In this document: positions 11,962-23,036 of the stretch, piece after piece
Layout of the letters: every line of letters begins with the position of its first letter
How positions within the stretch are numbered: the first letter of the stretch is position 1
DNA from: TPA_inf: Saccharomyces
Taxonomy: Eukaryota
DNA length: 64,000 nucleotides
Assembly (NCBI GenBank): GCA_000146045.2
Contig: BK006941.2
Location: 128,001 to 192,000 of the forward strand
Direction of reading: 5' to 3'
Position numbers and translations under genes: made by a program
The notes under the pieces: generated by a model
The model's input: only the letters and a program-made list of their open reading frames with translations
The model's database searches: none
What the model was told of the DNA's origin: nothing

Positions 11962-12293
11962 AATTGTCCAGATGTATTACATGAACTGAGTGACTTGCTC
12001 TAATGTTGTAGACACTGATGTCCGGTTTAATTAAGAAAGATTTTGGAAGTTTCACGATATCGATAATGCTGCGGGAGAAGCTTTCAAATTATAAGAAAAG
12101 GCTTTTTTTTGTTGTTTTCAGAGTAGTTTGGTGACTTGTCCGTTTCAGAAGTGTCTCGAATACGGAGTGCACCTTCCAAAAATGTTTCTGACGGCATCGA
12201 AGAGCCGAACTCTTATACAATACATGTCATTTTTAACAATGATGCAAATAACTTTTAAGGCCTTAACACTCTACATAATATGCTAAAAACATT

Positions 12294-12336
12294 AAAAAAA
12301 AAAAAAGGAAAATAAAAAAAAAAAAAAAAAAAAAAA
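12294..12336. repeat. Poly(dA:dT) tract (A13-GG-AAAATA-A23) between the HOS2 stop and the YGL194C-A start. It is T-rich on the strand that codes for both flanking genes.
   Basis: Seen directly in sequence: 13 A's then 23 A's. Homopolymeric dA:dT tracts are nucleosome-excluding elements in yeast. Confidence 0.8.
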
Positions 12337-12367
12337 CGGGAGATTAACCGAATAGCAAACTCTTAAA

Positions 12368-13726
12368 CTATGAAAAGGCAATCAATCCACTGTTTTCTTT
12401 TTCCATTTCTTCTAGCCTATTTGAACTGTCTGCTTCTGTTTCTTCATTCATTTCTTGAATGATTTTATCCTCTTCTTCTGTCAGGGCACTTATATCTTGT
12501 GTCGGTATGCATTCAGCATCCATTCTGACACTTGGTGCTCCTTGCAAGTATCTGATATTTTCTAGACATCGTATTCTAATGTCTTCCAGTAGTTTTTTAC
12601 TGTTTTTGTTTTCGTATAAGTCATCTAACATAGGATAAAGTGAATAATCCGGCCCGAATGAGTCCCGGAATGGGATATCTTCGGGGATGTCTTCTGGTAG
12701 CAAGACATCATTTAAAATTCCTGTCTCGTAGGTCCAAAGCCGTGATACATTTCTAGGTGTATAACCTCCACCGCCCACTACTAGCATTGGTAGACCAAAT
12801 GATTTGACAAATTTTACGCATTCTCCATGTGCCTTTATATTTAAATTGAAGCATCCTAAGCGATCATGACCTAAGGAATCCGCACCGCATTGTTGGACAA
12901 TAAGTGTTGGTTTGAAAGTCATTATTAGAGGATCTACAATTGACTTGAAAAGGTTTATATATGAGTCGTCATCTATGCCATCTTCTAGGGGTACATTTAA
13001 TGCGAAATGTTTTCCTTTGTCGCAACCAATTTCTGTCAGATCACCAGTTCCTGGGAAAAATTCGCCATTATATTTATGAAAAGACAACGTGAAGACCCTA
13101 TCTGTGGTGTAAAATGCCTCCTGGACACCATCGCCGTGATGTAAGTCGATATCGATATAAAGGATTCTTGGGTGATATCGTAATAAGTTCAAAATAGAAA
13201 GCACAATATCATTTACATAGCAAAACCCAGATGGACTATTCTTTTTTGCATGATGAAGACCACCAGACCAATTTATCGCTATGTCCGATTGATTGTTGAT
13301 TAGTTTCCTGGTGGCGTCAAGGCTCGCACCAGTGTATAGTGTTGTATAATCATATAAATTTTGAAAAATAGGACAGTCGTCTCCAATGTTAAAATTTTCA
13401 AGTGTGCCTCTGGGCAGTTTGTTTGCATTTTCTGGTGAAACCTTCGAGAGAAAATTCACGTAGTCTTCCGAGTGAAATTGTAGTAATTCGTCTCTGGTAG
13501 CGCTTCTTGTTTCATAAAGGTCCATAATCTTGTGCAATCCATAAGAGGAAACTAGGTGATCCGTTAGCATTAACCGAAACGGCTTCATTGGATGCTTAAC
13601 ACCATAATGGTAATGTGAAACTTTGGAGTTAAAATGATACGATACCCTGGGAGAATAAGCAGAATTAAACTCAAATAATGGTTCGTTCTCCTTTGTTTTC
13701 ACATCATAACTAAATGTTCCAGACAT
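12368..13726 (-). CDS. HOS2: Class I histone deacetylase Hos2 (Set3 complex), 452 aa
   Basis: 452-aa ORF with HDAC catalytic motifs ([16 protein letters not shown]). Confidence 0.95.
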
Positions 13727-13915
13727 GTTGCGTGTTGTTATTCACTTGATACCTGATTTTAACGTACTTGAGTAATCTGGCGTCTTTTCTATAACTGTAC
13801 ATTGGCGACACACCTAAAACTGATTAGAATCGTTTCAAGATGCTTTCAGTTCAACATTTAGTAACATAGTAGGAATATCACGTTTAACGATGCCCCAAAG
13901 AACATCGAGAATCCT

Positions 13916-14227
13916 CTATATAGAGTATAAACAGGGCATTCTACATTGGTATAGAGGTGCCTTAGGTATATAGTGGTACCGGTCACATAAATTGACGGGA
14001 ATATGCGTCTTTAGGCGGCTTTTGGCGTACAGTATTGTTCTTTCTTTCGTGCTTGTGAAACTTGTTATAAACAAAGAAAGAGAAAGATCTCCCCGGCATT
14101 CTGGAAGATCGGTAACCGCTGGAGCTATAGGAAAGGGAGATGGATAACAGTAAAGAAAACGGACCATATAAGTTAGCATTGGGGGTTTTCGAAAAAAATA
14201 AGAATTGGCATTCAGACTTGAATTCAT
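13916..14227 (-). CDS. 103-aa ORF matching YGL193C (reported haploid-specific and a1-alpha2 repressed). It may reflect the IME4 antisense transcript rather than a protein.
   Basis: ORF track entry. It lies in the HOS2-IME4 interval immediately 5' of IME4. Confidence 0.3.
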
Positions 14228-14245
14228 AAAAGTTGTAAGCAGGCT

Positions 14246-16048
14246 ATGATTAACGATAAACTAGTACATTTTCTGATCCAGAATTATGATGACATCCTAA
14301 GAGCACCGCTTTCTGGACAGCTCAAAGATGTGTATTCACTGTACATCAGTGGCGGATACGATGATGAGATGCAGAAGTTGAGAAACGATAAAGACGAGGT
14401 CTTACAGTTTGAACAGTTTTGGAATGATCTTCAGGATATTATATTTGCAACGCCGCAGTCCATTCAATTTGACCAGAATCTATTAGTGGCAGATAGGCCA
14501 GAAAAAATTGTTTACCTGGACGTTTTTTCCTTGAAAATTCTCTATAACAAGTTCCATGCCTTCTACTATACATTAAAATCGTCCAGTTCTTCATGTGAAG
14601 AAAAAGTGTCGAGTTTAACAACAAAACCGGAAGCTGATTCGGAAAAAGACCAACTGCTGGGTAGACTGCTTGGAGTCCTGAACTGGGACGTTAACGTCAG
14701 CAACCAGGGGTTACCACGTGAACAACTGAGCAATCGCTTACAAAATTTATTGAGGGAAAAACCATCATCTTTTCAGCTTGCTAAAGAAAGAGCCAAATAC
14801 ACGACCGAGGTCATTGAATACATCCCGATATGTAGTGACTATTCGCATGCATCTCTATTGTCCACCTCGGTGTACATTGTCAATAACAAAATCGTTTCTT
14901 TACAATGGTCCAAAATATCCGCATGTCAGGAAAATCACCCAGGATTAATTGAGTGCATTCAATCAAAAATTCACTTTATCCCTAATATCAAACCACAAAC
15001 TGATATTTCGTTAGGAGATTGTTCCTATTTGGATACCTGTCATAAATTAAATACGTGTCGATACATTCATTACCTGCAATATATTCCGTCATGCTTGCAA
15101 GAGCGAGCTGATCGTGAAACTGCGAGTGAAAATAAAAGAATACGGTCAAACGTTTCCATTCCATTTTATACTCTGGGCAATTGCTCCGCACATTGTATCA
15201 AAAAGGCTTTACCTGCACAGTGGATCCGTTGCGATGTGCGGAAATTTGATTTTAGGGTTCTTGGAAAGTTTTCGGTAGTTATTGCAGATCCTGCATGGAA
15301 TATCCATATGAACCTACCATACGGTACTTGCAACGATATTGAACTATTAGGTTTGCCTTTGCACGAACTACAAGATGAAGGTATTATTTTTCTTTGGGTG
15401 ACGGGTAGAGCTATAGAATTGGGTAAAGAGTCTTTGAATAACTGGGGTTACAACGTGATAAATGAAGTTTCATGGATAAAGACAAACCAACTGGGTAGAA
15501 CAATTGTTACAGGTCGTACGGGTCATTGGTTAAATCATTCTAAGGAGCATTTATTGGTGGGCTTAAAGGGTAATCCAAAGTGGATCAACAAACATATTGA
15601 CGTCGATTTGATCGTATCAATGACCAGAGAGACTAGTAGAAAGCCTGATGAACTGTATGGTATAGCAGAACGGTTGGCAGGCACCCATGCCAGAAAACTA
15701 GAGATATTCGGAAGGGATCACAATACGCGGCCTGGCTGGTTTACCATCGGAAACCAGTTGACAGGAAATTGCATTTACGAAATGGATGTCGAGAGGAAGT
15801 ACCAGGAGTTTATGAAGAGCAAAACTGGAACCAGCCACACTGGTACTAAAAAAATCGACAAAAAGCAACCTTCAAAATTACAGCAGCAGCATCAGCAGCA
15901 GTATTGGAATAATATGGATATGGGGAGTGGTAAGTATTATGCTGAGGCCAAGCAGAATCCTATGAATCAAAAACATACTCCCTTTGAATCCAAACAGCAA
16001 CAAAAACAACAATTCCAAACACTAAATAACCTATATTTTGCTCAGTAA
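14246..16048 (+). CDS. IME4: mRNA N6-adenosine methyltransferase Ime4 (MT-A70 family; meiosis inducer), 600 aa
   Basis: 600-aa ORF with the MT-A70 catalytic region ([13 protein letters not shown], the DPPW-type motif). Confidence 0.95.
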
Positions 16049-16203
16049 AGCGTTAAATAATCCTTTTAAACATTAATAGCATTGCATAAAAAAGATGGTC
16101 ATAAAAAAGACTGCAGCGGGAAGTAAATGGTTTCCTGGTCTGTATTAGACAAACTTTGGAATAGAGAAGGATATGGTTTATGTCCAATAATTATTATCCG
16201 AGT

Positions 16204-16223
16204 CCGTGTATTTTTTTACATCA
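16204..16223. promoter_or_regulatory. a1-alpha2 (haploid-specific gene) operator-like site CCGTGTATTTTTTTACATCA, 3' of IME4
   Basis: Seen in sequence: 17 of 20 positions match the a1-alpha2 consensus TCRTGTNNWNANNTACATCA, including both half-sites (CGTGT and TACATCA). An a1-alpha2 site 3' of IME4 is known to control the IME4 antisense transcript (RME2/IME4-AS). Confidence 0.55.
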
Positions 16224-16594
16224 ACTGGAACAATTTATTACCCGGATGTTTAAAAATTGTTGTCGCCTGGAGAAAGCTAATACTAGTTCTGGCCATATTT
16301 TCAACCATTAAACACTACTAATGTAATTACTTGACTTATTTGCTCCCACTCTTGGTCGGTTCTTTCCCATGGCGCATTCTACCATTCTTTTTTTCTACTC
16401 CAATCGTTCTTACTGGAAACTGTGGGAATAGCGAAGAACGACTATTATTTGCTAATACAGAGTAAGCTATCCTGCTGAATAGGTAGACGATAGTAGTAAC
16501 CCAACGCCGCTATCCTTTCGATTATACCGCTATGAATGTAGTGATATGGTGCGGTATTGACACAATATAGTAATTTCGGGTAATTTTTTTTCCC

Positions 16595-16602
16595 ACCAAT
16601 GA
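16595..16602. promoter_or_regulatory. Candidate HAP2/3/4/5 CCAAT-box (ACCAATGA = TCATTGGT on the other strand), about 210 bp upstream of the COX13 ATG
   Basis: Matches the HAP consensus TNATTGGT. COX genes are canonical HAP-complex targets. Confidence 0.4.
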
Positions 16603-16807
16603 GAGGCGGTACTGGGAGTATCGGTCTAAGAGAATCGAAAAATAACCCCCAGCTGGGATGTGATCACGATGAGTGACGGGATACATTAAATATAACAAAC
16701 ATACACGTTGCCTTGAACGTTTTCACTACACATCGCATGTGTTTTATCTAGATTTAAAATCATATTACTACAGTTCTACAGTTATACAAATAACAAACAA
16801 TAGAAAA

Positions 16808-17197
16808 ATGTTTAGACAGTGTGCTAAGAGATATGCATCTTCATTACCCCCAAATGCTTTGAAACCTGCATTTGGCCCACCAGATAAAGTGGCAGCTCAA
16901 AAATTTAAAGAATCATTAATGGCCACTGAAAAGCATGCGAAGGACACATCTAATATGTGGGTTAAAATCTCAGTTTGGGTCGCCCTACCAGCAATTGCTT
17001 TAACAGCTGTGAACACATACTTTGTTGAAAAGGAGCATGCTGAGCATCGTGAACATTTGAAACATGTGCCAGACTCCGAATGGCCAAGGGATTACGAGTT
17101 TATGAATATCAGGTCTAAGCCTTTTTTCTGGGGTGACGGTGATAAGACATTATTCTGGAATCCTGTTGTCAACAGGCACATCGAGCACGACGATTAA
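16808..17197 (+). CDS. COX13: Cytochrome c oxidase subunit VIa, 129 aa. The true start is the internal ATG (MFRQCAKRYASS...) of the longer track ORF 16673..17197.
   Basis: 129-aa product with a mitochondrial presequence-like N-terminus and a single transmembrane segment; recognisable as Cox13. Confidence 0.88.
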   Translation: MFRQCAKRYASSLPPNALKPAFGPPDKVAAQKFKESLMATEKHAKDTSNMWVKISVWVALPAIALTAVNTYFVEKEHAEHREHLKHVPDSEWPRDYEFMNIRSKPFFWGDGDKTLFWNPVVNRHIEHDD

Positions 17198-17808
17198 TTA
17201 ATTGATTAAGTGAGAATAAACTTTTCGAAAAATTTTTATTTATGATAATTTTACTAATTCTTACTTATTTCTTTTATATTCGATAAAAAAAATTCAAAAT
17301 AAAAAAAGATTAATCCTTTGATAGGAACTAAAGGTACTAGGTATTTTGGGCGGCGAAGCATCATTCCGTTCTTAAACATCTATATATATATAATTATATT
17401 GCAAATGTATAAGCATTTAAAAACATAAACATGCACCTATGAAGAAGAATTTAAGACGTTTTATTTTTATGTTCCACGCGTTTTGGTGAAGTGATGAAAG
17501 AAGTCCTGATAAAGGGATGTCGGATTAATAATTGATACAGTGTTTATAAGATAGCTAATCAGAAAAAAAACGAAAGAAAATGGTATAAGTCTCAGAATAA
17601 TGATAATAAAACACGCTTGAAGTAGAATAAAAATATAAGTAGAGAAGATAAAATAAAAAAATAAAGATAGAAAGATTTTCAATGAGGGGCAAATCTAAAT
17701 CTAAAAAATTTGAATTCAAGTTCAATTTAAATTTCAATTAAAACAGTAGTAGTATGTGGGGAAGATATGGGATAAAAAAAAGTAAGGGAAAATAAGGAAT
17801 TATTATAA

Positions 17809-19389
17809 TTATAATGCGGAAAAAATGAATAAATTATTAGTTGCTGCAACAGCAATACTATTTTCTCTTGGATGCCATGAGAAATGTAAAATATTCTTCT
17901 TGAAATCAATATCGTCACCCCAATCCTTATTTCTTGCAGACCTTTGCGCTAGCGAACCGTATCTTTTGTTCCTGAACGCTGTTTTGTCAGCTTGTAACAC
18001 GATTTCATTCATTTCGGTTCCCGAGTCCTCCGAATTTGCTCCTTCTCCTCCCGCTATACTGCTTCTAGAGCTATTACTACTTCCCACCATGCCTGTGTTG
18101 CGTCCGTTACTCCTACGCTTGTGGCTGTTGCCACTACTACTAGAATCTTTATTTTGTATGCTGTTGTGGATATTTTTATTGCTGTTGCTATTAGGTGCGT
18201 TGTGTTCATCAAAAGTTTTGACTATGCCATTATCATTATCACCAGAAGTTACTACATTAGGATAGATCATGAAATTGTTATTGTAAGAACCAGTCATTAC
18301 ACTTGAACTATCACCACTAAAATTAACTTCAAATTTATCGAAAATCGCATCGTTTTCATAGGTATCACTCAATCTTTCCTTCAATTGCTCATGTATGTTT
18401 ATGGTTTTCAAAGGCTTATTATCCATATTTACGTCCCAAATTTTGACAGTTAAATAATCTCTGGATGCAATATACCTACCATTTGGACTAAATTTTATGT
18501 CGGAAATTGACGACGTGATTTCTGTAAAAAAATTATGATTGATTGGATCCAAATATTCTTCAAATGTTTTGGTTTTATTGTCACATAGGGAATTTTGTCT
18601 CATATCACACAACTTTATTGTACCTTTGGAAGAAGAGTACATGAATAAATTACATTCTTGCGGATGAAATTCAGCGCTTGTGATCACTTCGGTAAGTTCT
18701 TCCATATTGGTTGGCTTGATATCTACGATGTTGAAGCTCTGATCTGGTATGTCCAGATTCCATAAATTGATTCTCAAGTCGTCAGCACTTAAAAATGTTT
18801 CCTGATCAGAATTCAACGATATCGAATTAATGTGATAGGTATGTGCATTACTATATATACGCTTTGGGGTGGCAGCAATGATTTTGTCATGCTGTGATAA
18901 TTGAGGCAGTTTCAGCGATTGTAAAGATAATACAGCCCTCACGGAGCCTCCTCTACTGTTATGGTTATCGGGCTTGCCTTTTTTCGCAAACGTAACCCCT
19001 TCTGTTAAGTTGTTCTGGCTTACCAATTTTATATTTTTCTCATAAACTTTCCAAAGTTTTATAGTTTTATCATTTGTGCTCAAAAGAAAGTGTGATCTTT
19101 GAGTTGGTCGTAACCATTTGATTTCATTTATCTTCTCTTCAATTTCTAAGGATTTTAAATAATCAAATTCTGCGTCATGACTTTGAAACTCTGTTAAAAA
19201 CTTATATTCGCAATGTCTACTATTACTTCTTTCAAAAAGTACCACACGGCCACCTTTATCACCAGTGGCCAGATAATTTCCAGTATAGTCAAATTCTACA
19301 GCTGTAATTAGATCCGCCTCTGTCACCACAATATCTGCTTTATCACCAAAACATTGGCTGAATTTAAAATCAAAATTGTTTTGTGCCAT
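17809..19389 (-). CDS. CDC55: PP2A regulatory subunit B (B55, WD40), 526 aa
   Basis: 526-aa ORF with WD40 repeats; recognisable as Cdc55. Confidence 0.95.
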
Positions 19390-20228
19390 TGTGCGCTATA
19401 TTATATTTCTTTATGCGTAAGATCTCTCCAGTTTGACCTCGATATGTTGGCTAGATTTTATGAGGTTTACAGTTTATAGAAACACTAGTTTTCCCTTTCT
19501 TAATATGTTGGTGGAGTGGGGGTAATCGTATTAAGCTGCCTTATTCACCCTCTGATAGGAATAAAAATCGAAACAGGACGAAAAAAGGGTGAACTAAAAT
19601 ATAGAAGAGAGCCTAATTGACGTAATCGAATTCTTCTAGAATGCGTTTGTATATTCAATTTTCAATTCTTCCAGTCTCTTCGTGGAAAGTTCTCTAACGT
19701 AATAGTCTTGTCTTGTGCAAACTCCCTTTATCTTTGACGGGAAATGTTAGGCAAAATTGGATGGAAAAGAGAAAAAAGGAAGGAAAAAAACAAAAAAAAT
19801 CTACTTAGTTAAGGATCTATTGACGTGCGCGGGGGGAGTATATGCCAATTGTCTCAAAAAAAAAACGTTTATGCCGTGCCGGAATAGAAATAGTTACTGG
19901 TCGTTTTCCTATCTGATATAAATCTGAGTAAAACGATTATTGTCTAACCCAATGCAATATATACAGATAGCATTCCGCTCATAGTTAATAATTAACTTCA
20001 GACAGTTTTTTTCAATATCTCATTAAAGGGAAGAAAGGGAGGCGAAAAAAAAATCAAAAAAATTATACTTCGTATCAAATTATATTCGTGGAAGGTGACG
20101 ATAGTAATATTTGATGTTGAACATACTTGAAACATTAACATATTTAATAGAAAACTATTGTAATGGTTATTTTTTATTGATTAGAAATAGTAGAAAAATT
20201 TACTTATGTTTCACCTATATTAATCAAG

Positions 20229-20588
20229 TTATAAAGCCTTCTTGGCGGCATCAGCAGGGGAAACCTTGTTTTCTCTGTTGAATCTTGGTCTTTGAGGTGG
20301 AGCTCTGTTCTTTCTGTCTTCTCTGGATCTGACTCTGACAATTCTGGCGTGAATAGCACAAGAAACACAGTAGTGTAACTTGTTGTAAGTCTTTGGCAAA
20401 GCGTATTCAGGGTAGACAGAAGCTTCGGACAAATCTCTGACGGCAGCGGCTTCAACAATGTTTCTGATAGCCATTCTCTTGATAGCCTTATCCTTTGGAA
20501 TAGACTTGGAACAGTTGACACATCTGACTGGTTTGACGTGACCTCTACCTTTCTTGTTTCTACCGTTGGAAGCTCTCTTCTTTGGCAT
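20229..20588 (-). CDS. RPS26A: 40S ribosomal protein S26, 119 aa. It starts at the internal ATG ([17 protein letters not shown]...) of the longer track ORF.
   Basis: Recognisable eS26 sequence with zinc-finger cysteines (CVNCSK...CVSCAIH). 'cat' at 20586-20588 on the plus strand gives the ATG. Confidence 0.95.
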
Positions 20589-21308
20589 TTTGAATGATCT
20601 AATTAAATATTCATCACGAGTATTGCAGGTTTGCAAAGAGTTAAAATAATTAGTTAGTAACTTCTCAATTTTTTTAAAATGATCGTGGCAAAAAGGGAAG
20701 GAGATATTTACGTAACATTTGAAATTTTCTCGGTACAATATTCTTCAATAATAAGTACATTGCATACGATGGGCGACTTCCTTCTTTTTCTTTAGTTAGT
20801 GTGAACTCATGATTGGCACACTTCTAGTGATTAACTGGTTTCCTTTCAGAAAACAAGTTACATTTGCCATGTTTTAATAATATCTTGTCACTATTACTTT
20901 CTCCCAATTCAAAGATCTCATCGTTCTTCCCTTCTCTACTTTCACACTTTTGTGTCGTTAACATACTACTTAAGACTATGGTTCTTTTATCTGTAATAGC
21001 GAACAAATTAAATCATTTACTATAACGAACATTAAATCTAGTAGGTATTTCAAATACCAAGTAATCCCTCAACACTCAATGAGAACGAAGCGGTGTAAGC
21101 TGACACTTCGAGTTCCGCCTATGTTACTGGATATGAGCCCTCCCCCCACGAAGGTTTTTTCCTTCCAGAGCCGAGAACATCTCCCAAGGAGAACGAAGCA
21201 ATACCGGTAAGCTGCTTACCGTCGGGGCAGGGAAGTTCAATTCAACTCCCTGTGCCGAGAATTTACTTTTTTCGAAAAATCGACGTCTTTAAAAAAAGAA
21301 ATCAGTAT

Positions 21309-21329
21309 GTATGGGTGGGTGTATGGATG
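21309..21329. promoter_or_regulatory. Two tandem Rap1 sites (TGTATGGGTG and TGTATGGATG, both reverse-complement orientation relative to RPS26A) in the RPS26A upstream region
   Basis: Matches the Rap1 consensus ACACCCRYACAY; tandem same-orientation sites are typical of ribosomal-protein promoters. Confidence 0.6.
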
Positions 21330-21703
21330 CTGTAAGCACAGTCTAGAATCTTTTGGAAGTAACTTCGCAACAACCTCTAGCTAGCCATCTCTGACAGAGA
21401 TAGAAATAGTAATCAGTTATGACATGAATAGTACTAATATTAATAAGAATTTTTAAATAAAAATATATCTCGACCTTTTCTCGATCTTTTTGGTTATGTA
21501 TTTTTTGGCTCTTCATTATAGATAGAGCAAAGCGTTCGCCTTAACCTTCCTGCAAAGAACTTTCTTGTGGAACTTTGTTAACATGACGTGTGTAAAAGCT
21601 CAGACCTGGTAAGAATATTCGCTAGGTTTCCAAAAAAAAAAATATAAATAAAGAAGAAGGTAAAAAGTAAAAGAGAAACAGAAGGGCAACTTGAATGATA
21701 AGA

Positions 21704-22171
21704 TTAGTGATGGTGGTCATCATTTGGAACACCAACAGGGTTTAGTTTGTAAACAGAACCACATTCCCAGCATCTGGCGACTTCGTTAACAGTTGGTTTT
21801 AACCACATAATAGTATGTGAACCAGCGGGAGAACCCGTACAACCGACATAACGATAATCATCATAAGATTCAATGATGATCGGATCTTTCATGGTACCCT
21901 TCCTGGACGAATCTAATGGTTTGGTGTCGAAAACATCGATACCCTCTAATTTACCCAATAATTCTAACCTAGCTAAACCAGTTTCTTGATCTAGGTCTGT
22001 TGGAACGGTACCCTCTTTAGCACCAGGACCAATCAAAGTTTCTGGACCATTAACTTCTGCTAAGTTTTGGGCAGTTTTCACCACGGGTTTTTGCTGAAGC
22101 AGATATCTAGAGCTACACAAAGTTCTTGTGGCTGGCTTGAAAAATCTTATAGATTGACGTAGTGAAAGCAT
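21704..22171 (-). CDS. COX4: Cytochrome c oxidase subunit IV (zinc-binding, Cox5b-type), 155 aa
   Basis: 155-aa ORF with an N-terminal mitochondrial presequence (MLSLRQSIRFFKPATRTL) and a C-terminal Cys cluster. Confidence 0.95.
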   Translation of the reverse strand: MLSLRQSIRFFKPATRTLCSSRYLLQQKPVVKTAQNLAEVNGPETLIGPGAKEGTVPTDLDQETGLARLELLGKLEGIDVFDTKPLDSSRKGTMKDPIIIESYDDYRYVGCTGSPAGSHTIMWLKPTVNEVARCWECGSVYKLNPVGVPNDDHHH

Positions 22172-23036
22172 TGTGCTTGTTATCTATTTGTATGGCAACA
22201 TCAAAATCGAAATGGGTGAGTATTGTTAGTATACTGTTTCTTCAGGGAGAAGAATACGTTGACTAAAGGAAAGTGACAGGGAATATTTCGCATCGAATTC
22301 TTCATTATATGATGGACAATTTGGACAATTATGCAATTATCGTCTCAAGCCAAATAGAAAAGCAGGGAACGAGTTAAACTTGCAAATAAATTTTTTCTTA
22401 AAGTCAAATCCAGATTTGTTTTCTCTTAGTTCTTTTCCGTTTCGTTCGATCTGTTAAATATCTTCTTTCCTGGTAGTTCTTCTCCTACATCTCATGTATT
22501 TTTCAATAAGAGGATTATAACATACATTTCAAAATAATCTTATTTCCTGTTTATGCTAATTTTTACGCAATTAGCGTGCCTAAGTACAAAAAAATGTTTT
22601 GTAAAAAGTATGAAAAAAATTCTAATCTTCGTATATCTTTCTTTCCTGTGTTTATACTTGGAAGAAGCGAAGTATTTTATCCTTGAGTGTGTCTTATTTT
22701 CTCTTCCCTTTATTTGCTACTAACCAAGATGGGAGATATCGCTTTTTCGAAGGACGCCTTTGGAATCCGCTGATCTTATTGGTGGACAGTCAGCTGACAG
22801 AAAACTTAGATCGTGACAGCAAATTAAACGATTTGTGCTACTGTTCAAAGTGTCAGTATATCACTCGATGATTTCAATTGTCCACCAGGCTTAGATTTTC
22901 ATGTGAAAAGATAATGTGTACAAAAAAATATCCTCCCTGAGCGTAATTTAACATACCATGAATCTACCTGCCAATATTATCTAAACTAAAGTTTGCCGCT
23001 GCACCGTAGTTTTAATATATACTTATGTCATTTCAA

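Noticed and set aside
19640-19660. HSE-like GAATTCTTCTAGAA in the CDC55 upstream region
   Set aside because: The GAA/TTC units are not on the required 5-bp phasing for a three-unit HSE, and CDC55 is not a heat-shock gene.
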